Below are positions 56,401-64,000 of a stretch of 64,000 nt of DNA, one piece after another. The notes under the pieces were generated by a model. The model was not told the origin of the DNA and searched no databases. It saw only the letters and a list, made by a program, of their open reading frames with translations. Numbering within the stretch: position 1 is the first letter of the stretch; every line of letters starts with the position of its first letter. The position numbers and the translations under genes are program-made. The stretch is taken from assembly GCA_021613535.1 (NCBI GenBank), contig CP075492.1, positions 10,912,001 to 10,976,000 on the forward strand, given 5' to 3'. The stretch is from Adineta vaga (Eukaryota; Animalia; Rotifera).

Positions 56401-58478
56401 GATTGTTCATAATTTCGAAATAATTCTTTTAATTTTCTCTTTCAGTTGGTCTTCTTCAAAAATCATACAAAGTAGTCATTGAACCGCCTTCAACTCTTAA
56501 ATTAAATCTTCGTTCAACATTTGTTAATCTTAATTTACAAGTCTTTTCTGAATCCGATCATCCAGCATATCCTTGTATGATATTCATTCTTGCATTCTTT
56601 CATGCGGTCATACTTGATCGAAGAAAATATAATAAAATTGGATGGTCATGTATTTATGATTTCAATGAAACTGACTGTAATATGATTCTTTAATAAATCA
56701 AATGAAATTTACATCTTTTACTTTAGTTCGTGTATCTGTCGATATTCTAAAAGTTTATTTAAATATGAATTTAGAACGTGGTCAACTGGATATTCCATGG
56801 ACAACATTACGATATTTAATTGGCGAAGGTAAATGTTTTTCTATCTATATTCTCTAAAATAACACTATGATATCTATCTTGAAGTAATGTATGGTGGTCG
56901 TGTTATTGATTCTTATGATCGTCGTATCATACGTACTTATATGAAAGAATATTTTGGTGATTTTGTTTTTGAATATATTCAACCATTTCATTTTTATCAT
57001 GATATGACTTTCTCAATGAGATATGATTATTTCATTCCTGAAATACGAGATTTTCTCTCTGCAAAACAACGATGGTTATTAAAAGAAGCAAATATATCCG
57101 TTTGTGATTTATCTTTATTTTTAAAAATCATCATCGATTTCTTCGTATATCCATTTCAGATTGAACCACACATTGAATACAATTACGAAAAGTTTCTTCC
57201 AGATAAAATATCAACTCTTCTCCATTTCGATAAAGATCAACTTGAACATTCACAAATCGATTATAAATTACTATCAAAAGATGTTCTTTTCAACCAATTT
57301 TTTCATTATTCAATCTTTCGTGATCTTTATCTAGCATATATCGATCAATTGCCATTGTATAATCCGCCCAATGTACTTGGAATACATGTCAATGCTGAGA
57401 TCAACTATTTAATGAAAGAAGCAAATGAAATTTATACAAATATGATAATTATTCAACCGGATCAACGAGAAATTGAAGATAATTCAAGTAGAGAATGTAA
57501 GATGGCCATGAGAACATTCATACCAATGAGAATTGACTTAATTTTAGATTTTGTTCTATCCATCATCGAAGATATTCTTCAAAAGATTCCATCGAAAAAA
57601 GATCTTCATTTGCTGAAACAAAAATTTCATCAACGTTCATCACCGTTAACAATCGTTCTCTTTCAAGAAATTCAACGATATAATCTTCTCACCTCAATTA
57701 TGTGGAAATCTTTGAATGAATTAAAGCAAGCTTTAAATGGACAAATCAGTTTTTCATTTCAACTTGATGAAATCAATAAACAACTTTATCATGGACAAAT
57801 TCCATCTCTTTGGAGATCATATACACCACAGACAAAAAAATCCTTACCAAATTGGATGGAACAATTTCAACAACGAAATCAACAATATGAAAAATGGATT
57901 TATGATGGTAAAATTAACCTATTTGTCTCATTGTGTAAATCTTTTTTTTATCTTTAGGTGAATTAAAAATCATTAATCTAAGTAGATTACATGTACCGGA
58001 ATCATATTTAGCAGCAATTATTCAAATAGCTGCACGGAAAAATCAATGGCCTCTAGATCGAGCTAGATTCTATACCGATGTAACCAATTGGCAAACTATT
58101 GGTTAGATATGAAGTTTAAATAAAAATGATTTTTTTTTATTTTATAATAAAAATTTAGATGATATTGATGAATCTATTCAAGGTATACCTTTAATTGAAG
58201 GTTTGCACTTGGAAGGTGCACGATGGGATCGAGAAAATCATTGTTTAACTGAACAAATAAATAAACAATTGATTCAAATGATGCCTTTAATAAAAATTAT
58301 ACCGATTGAAACGCATCGCGTGAATCTAAATAATTATCTTGCAACGCCCGTTTATGTCACAAGTGACCGTCGGAATGCAATGGGAATTGGACTTGTCTTC
58401 GAAGCGAATCTCCATACTAAAAAAGATCCTTCACATTGGATACTCAATGGTGTATGTTTATTATTGAATACAGATTGA
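41468..58478 (+). CDS. DNAH10: Axonemal inner-arm dynein heavy chain, DNAH10 (I1 alpha)-like, with an apparent frameshift in exon 1
   Basis: N-terminus [18 protein letters not shown] is DNAH10-like. P-loops [11 protein letters not shown]|[13 protein letters not shown] and GIGGSGKK. Also WGCFDE|[17 protein letters not shown]|[12 protein letters not shown], and the DNAH10-type end [15 protein letters not shown]...[15 protein letters not shown]. Confidence 0.9.
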
Positions 58479-60351
58479 AATTGACTTTTGAAATAAAAGA
58501 AATATGACGTATGGTAAAGAATATATAGACTTTTGATCAAGGGAAAACAAGAATAAATAAGTTTGAAGGTTATTTTAAGATAATATAATCAAAAAAGAAT
58601 GAATTTTTCCTATTCTTTCATAGAATCAATCAATACAATATATATATATGCGAATATATCCCTTAGGAAATACATAATTTATTTTCTTTAGTTCTCCTTC
58701 AATCACACCTTGCGACGTTCTTGTTTATCAATGAGTACCCTTGATTTAATTGTATATATGTGTCTTTCTATCTCTCTCTCATGTTGTCTTGAACTAGAAT
58801 TGTATACTTTCAAAATGCCTATCTTTATTGCGTACATGTTCATGATTCGAAAAGAATATGCTTGAGACAAAATGTTCAATTCTGTTGTTTCTTTTATATT
58901 TCGGTTAGATATGTCAGTTGATTGTACATGAGTAACTTTAATACTTGATCAATAACATCACATCAAACGCTTATGTAAGCAACGTATCAAATGAATATCA
59001 TGCGCTTTGAATTTTAAATAAGCTGTCTCTATCATGCATGCTTCTGATAACATCTTATATTCTTACTTCGAATACTGATGTATGAATGTACATACATATA
59101 TGCCAAGGAAGAAAGTATTGATCTGTTTAAATTATTATAATCACAAAGAAAACTGTCAATATACGCACTCACTTTTCCTCTTTCCTTTTCTCTTCATATA
59201 TATATATATGTATAGTGTGAAGCTGTCACTGCCATTGACAGTGTGAGTCGATGATGATGATTGAACAATAAAAAACAATATTACATAATAGTGTTAAATG
59301 TGTAATAGTCAGTCGTAGGCATCTGTACGTATATATATATATACATTTGAATCTAATTCAGCATGTGATCAAAATGAATTGAAGCGCAAATGAACGAATA
59401 CTTACTCAACTGTTGGAGATAACGGCTAATTATTACATCGCCAGATACGATTATTATGCAAAAAAAGATGTGTTATTAATTTCCTGATTCCATTTGATCT
59501 GAACGGATGTCAAAAAGGTATTGATGCTTTTTTTTCTTTGTATATATCAGATGAAGAAAACATGCTGGCCAGTCCATCTATATGTCTATCACTAGTCTAG
59601 TTATGCATGTCGTATATATTGTTCAACTGGCTATTTAATTATATATAAGATATTCTTAGATAAATATGTTTTAGTGATGTTAAAACAATGAAGAATTTTC
59701 TCATTTTAATAGTCGTCTATTGTCTAGTAAAAGGTCATTGATCGTTTCTCAATCAATGATGCAAAAGAGATAAAGATAACGATCGTGATTCATTTTTCTT
59801 TTTGTTAAACAATGATGTCCATCGAGTAAAGAACAAGGTCATGGGTTTTTTTTCTATCATGTTCGTCTTATCAAGTAGTATTCTGACAGTTTTCTTTTCT
59901 TAATCGTGCTAATCTATTGCTAGAATGATCAGATTAGTGTCACACATGCAAACATCATTTTTTTCTTCGTCTGTTAAATACACGATAGTATCGTTTAGTG
60001 ATTTGATATAGAAAAAGAAAAGAAGCAAAAGTGGTAATTTCTATTACCGTAACCAATGAGTAAGTTAGTCATTGCGTCATTTCACATGGGAAAGATATCT
60101 TCACGACGTGACATTATTCAATCGAAAGAAAATTTCGTATCATTGATTAGCGGTAATCGTTTATGCCCTTGCTAAATGTTCTTTCGATTAAATTACGCCA
60201 TTCTTTACTGTTGTCTTCAGATATTAAATGTATAATAATGAAGATCTTTCTTCATTTTCTTCTTCCTCTTCGTCAAAGGAAATGAGGATTCGTGTGTGTG
60301 TGCACATTCTATGTACTACTGGACAGAGAAAAGAAATATAGAGAGAGAAAA

Positions 60352-60380
60352 GAAGAAGAAGAAGAAGAAGAAGAAGAAGA
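60352..60380. repeat. (GAA)n microsatellite
   Basis: Visible tandem run. Confidence 0.85.
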
Positions 60381-60493
60381 ACTCATTAAAATCGCTAACA
60401 TGCATACGGGATAGTTTGTGTGTGAGAAAAAAGAAGAACAGAACGAGAAGGAAAATGTCAGAGTTATGATAGTGAATTTACTGGCCGAGAAAG

Positions 60494-60588
60494 ATGGAAG
60501 AGTAATGGATATAAGGACATATGTGTTAGTAGTTGCATAGTAGCCATGCCACTTTGGGCGGTATGTCTGATCATCATTACATTTTCTT
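60494..60588 (+). ncRNA. Candidate pre-miRNA-like hairpin
   Basis: Hand-folded stems GTAATG/CATTAC, GGACATA/TATGTCT and AGTTGCAT/ATGCCACT around a 7-nt loop. No match to a known family recalled. Confidence 0.25.
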
Positions 60589-61827
60589 CTGTTGTTTAAC
60601 TGTCTAAAGAGAACAGAAAATGACAAAAAGGTACGTAACATGTGTAAATAAGCTTAGTAATCTTTATTCATAAAAAAATCAATCGTCTAAAGGTGAGAGT
60701 TGACATTGATTAAGTCGTATCAAGATTATATATATATGTTTCATTTGAAAACATCAATCAATAGTAGTCAAAGAACGTTATAAAGTTAAGTTAAATCATA
60801 GAAAGTGAAAGGAGATGGGAGGAAAGGTGTATTCATGCACATATGTTTTGATAAGAACAAAATAAATTTCAATTGAAAGAAAAAGAAAGTAAGTATACAA
60901 CACACACAGGTGCTAGAGAATATAGAAAAGGAAATGGAAGAAGAGAAACAGAAAGAGAGAGAAAGCAAGCAAGAAAGCAAAAAAAATGAATACTGACCAC
61001 TTAGCCTTGTTTCAATGATAAAAGCTATAGTCGAGTGATGAGCCAGTGAAGAAGAGAGGCTCTTAAAAAGAAAACGATGTCCATTAGAGCTATGCAAAAC
61101 AAACCTCTAATTGAGTTCTAACAGCGGAACTTCGACTTGTATTCAATAGAAACGAAATAAGTAAGAATAAGACAATCACCGGAAAAACTTCTTGAAGATA
61201 ACTTCTTATATTGCTATTTAGTCATTGATTTCTTCTTCTTCTTCTTCGAGGTCATATGTCCGTGTTCCGTTTCTCAACGAGTACTCATCATCATTAATAA
61301 AATATGCGTCTGGGAGTCTTTACTCATGTATGAACATGCCGTGTCATTCAACACTAGTCTGATTCTCCTTGTCGATGGACAAGTCTAACGGTTACAAAAA
61401 AAAGTAACTGTAGACTATTCATTTCCTTTTTTTGTTTTCCACATTATTCTTTTCAATAATAGAATAGACATTATCTTTTCTTTTTATTTACTAATCATAG
61501 TTGGAAATTCACGTCGTGGAAACAATTCATTCAGATAGAATGACCACCTATTATTATTACTATTATCAAAGTTAAAAAGCATACTATTCATGCATAGCTT
61601 TTTTTCTTTTTACTTGAATTGAACAGATCTATGTACGCATGCATCACCTGCATAGACAGATAATCGTTGAGTAAAAAAAAACAGGAAGGTAATTAAAGAG
61701 ATCAAAATTGCAACAATCATAATCTTCTCATTTGACTAATGACTATGGTTATTATTTGATGATGAGACTCTTCGTTTTTTCCCTCAAGCGGATTTAGGCC
61801 TTATAGTTCTCTTCGGCTTCGACGTCA

Positions 61828-61907
61828 CGTTTATTTTTCAATAGCTATGACCTTGTCTCGTTGAATACAAATGAGATTGAGATCATAACAATATGAATGT
61901 ATGAATG
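61828..61907 (+). ncRNA. Candidate pre-miRNA-like hairpin
   Basis: TATGACCTTGTCTCGTT pairs with AATGAGATTGAGATCATA around loop GAATAC, and the stem extends basally through TTCA/TGAA. Confidence 0.3.
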
Positions 61908-64000
61908 AGAGTGAATCGATCGAGTTTGTTTTTCGTTTCTTCTTCTCGTCTTTGTTGTTGTTTTTTCATACCCATCATATCCACTCCAATTTGTACTTCA
62001 GTTATTGAAAGTCAATATATATTTGACAAACGACGGGACTGATCAGAAAAGGTTATAGTCATGCTGTGTGCTATTCACTTGACCTTCGATACTGATACTT
62101 GATTTGCAGTCTCTACCTGTTTGAATACATATGCGAATCATTTTTTGATGTAGAAAGCAAGTGATTGATATTTGATTAGTCAATTGTTTCTATATCATTG
62201 ATTTCAATCTCATTTCAAATAGATTTGTTTCATATTTATTTAATCAAGTAAGATTTTCTATTCGTGATCATCGGTCAGTTGTTCTATGTAGAGCAAAAAA
62301 GAATGACTTTAATAAACAGCATGCAACTCTGTACTTCCGATAAACATCTGTTGTCTACAAAGATCGTTTATATCAATATTAGTTAATGCGATCCATCGTA
62401 TGAACATCGATAAATGACTCTTCCATGCACTTCGAAGATGAAACAGCATAATTTCAATAAAGAGATTTAAGTTTGTTTGCTTTCGCTAGAGGCAGAAAAA
62501 CAAAAGAAGTAAGAAATGATCAGATAGAATGATAAGTCAGTTAAGATCAATCTTTGGCCTACGGTCATCCTCTAAACAAACGGTCTATGAAAATCTTTTT
62601 GTCGTCTCTTTACGTATTCTTATCCAAATCGTGTGTTATCAGATATAGTTCAATCATTGAAGCGAATATCTTACATGCATTGACTGTCTCGTCTTCTTCT
62701 GCTTATTTGAACGTCGACTCAACAAATATGATCGTTCGTTATAGTTATCATTACTATCAACTTTTATATACAGATTTTGTCATCCGAAAATATCTGCCTA
62801 TGAACATCAGTGAGGTCGAAAATAATGATCAATCGTGATAAAGACAACGATTGAAGAGACGTAGTCAAGAGAGAGAGTAGGGGCGGTACGAATGTTTAAC
62901 TAAGTATCGATCATTTAATTGGAATTGAATCGATTCATCGAGCGTGTATTTTTTCATAAACATCATTATCATTAATAAACAGTTCGTTTTTCTCCCTCTT
63001 TCTCTCTTTTGCAATTAGAAATGGAAGTCTGTCCGTCTTTACATCTATGAATATATGTATCTATCTATAAGTAGTTTTAGGTTATTCATTGCATACGATT
63101 TGCTCATCACGTACGTGTAAATTAGGCGTGAAAGACATATCTCATGTGAAAATGAAATAATTTATCTTCTCTATGTATATGTATGTCATATTGTCCCTGA
63201 ACTTTAATTTGTTCAGTGAATGTCTATGTACATTGTATGTATGTTCGAGGATTCGAAATTAATAATTCGAATGTCAGTATATCTCATCGCCTAGACATCA
63301 TCGAATTTGTGTCTACATGAACACATCAAATATTCTTAATCAAGTGACAAGCGATGTGCATATTATTGATCAGACAGATTTTCTCCTGTTAGCATTGAGT
63401 TATTGTTGTAAGAAGAGAAGTGTGCATATACATATGGTCTCCTTGATCATTGTATGGCATACACAATTAAGACATTGTCTTTCTTAATAGATAGATTTCT
63501 TTTACATAATTGAATAAGAAAAGAATTGACACTGCTTCTTGTCCTGTCTATCAAGTGTTATATTTCGCGAGACAACTACCGTCACTAATTTGATCCGATT
63601 ACAAAATCATACTTGTCAGTTGAAATACTGCTTGACGTTTCATTCTTTTTTCGTCATTCTTCACATTCGCTAGTCTTAGGAACAAAAATCAATCATCATC
63701 ATCATCAGTTAATCTTTACTCTGTCTTCTCTATTCGAACAGTTCGGATGCACATATATTCATTCTTCCGGAAAGGAAGTTACTTTGTATGAGAAGTATGC
63801 AATATACATACATCATTCTTTCTTTGTTCTCGAACTTATTTACAAGCGTCAAACGAGACAAAGAGAGAGACAGAGACATCACAAATGCATTGTAAGGAGA
63901 TGAACATTAACACTTGCATATCATAGCGATTATTAATACGAAAATTGGGTGGAGTACATCATCAAAAGATTTGTCTATAGATACACATCCGTTCGATATA

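Noticed and set aside
60479-60500. TACTGGCC miR-193-like seed, and nearby TTGCATAGT miR-153-like start at ~60533
   Set aside because: Only 8-9 nt matches; no complementary arm for the first, and the second straddles a hairpin loop.
63129-63155. TGAAAGACAT matches the first 10 nt of miR-71
   Set aside because: The rest diverges, the hairpin is weak, and there is no neighbouring miR-2 (TATCACAGCC), which normally accompanies miR-71.
60309-63903. Several 94-110 aa ORFs in the terminal region
   Set aside because: Low-complexity Phe/Ser/Leu-rich translations of purine/pyrimidine tracts, with no domain or exon chain.

Overview
Eukaryotic, AT-rich, gene-dense animal DNA with many ~50-70 nt GT-AG introns. 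The intron sizes, the one-exon-per-repeat F-box/LRR gene and the foreign-looking intron-poor enzyme and transporter genes suggest a bdelloid rotifer (inference; no search was run). I could build 19 protein-coding gene models by hand. In order: Ig-domain type I membrane protein (partial), tetraspanin, WDR86, a 2-TM PY/PDZ-motif protein, CFAP144/FAM183, a single-RRM protein, vasa/DDX4, RPL14 and a KAT6-type MYST acetyltransferase. Next is a ~10 kb accessory-looking block: F-box/LRR, secreted beta-lactamase-fold hydrolase, oomycete-like sugar porter, ependymin-related protein, intronless SRPBCC-like ORF and a divergent DCP2-like Nudix gene. Then come ANKUB1, a 3-LIM protein, seryl-tRNA synthetase and a 17 kb DNAH10-like dynein heavy chain with a frameshift in exon 1. 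The last 5.5 kb has no recognisable gene but holds two pre-miRNA-like hairpins. The best leads are (i) a possible polycistronic RPL14-vasa-RRM unit with almost no room for a vasa promoter, (ii) the mixed-origin horizontally acquired gene block and (iii) a DCP2 paralogue without a recognisable Box A. All family assignments come from motifs and remembered family sequences, not database searches.
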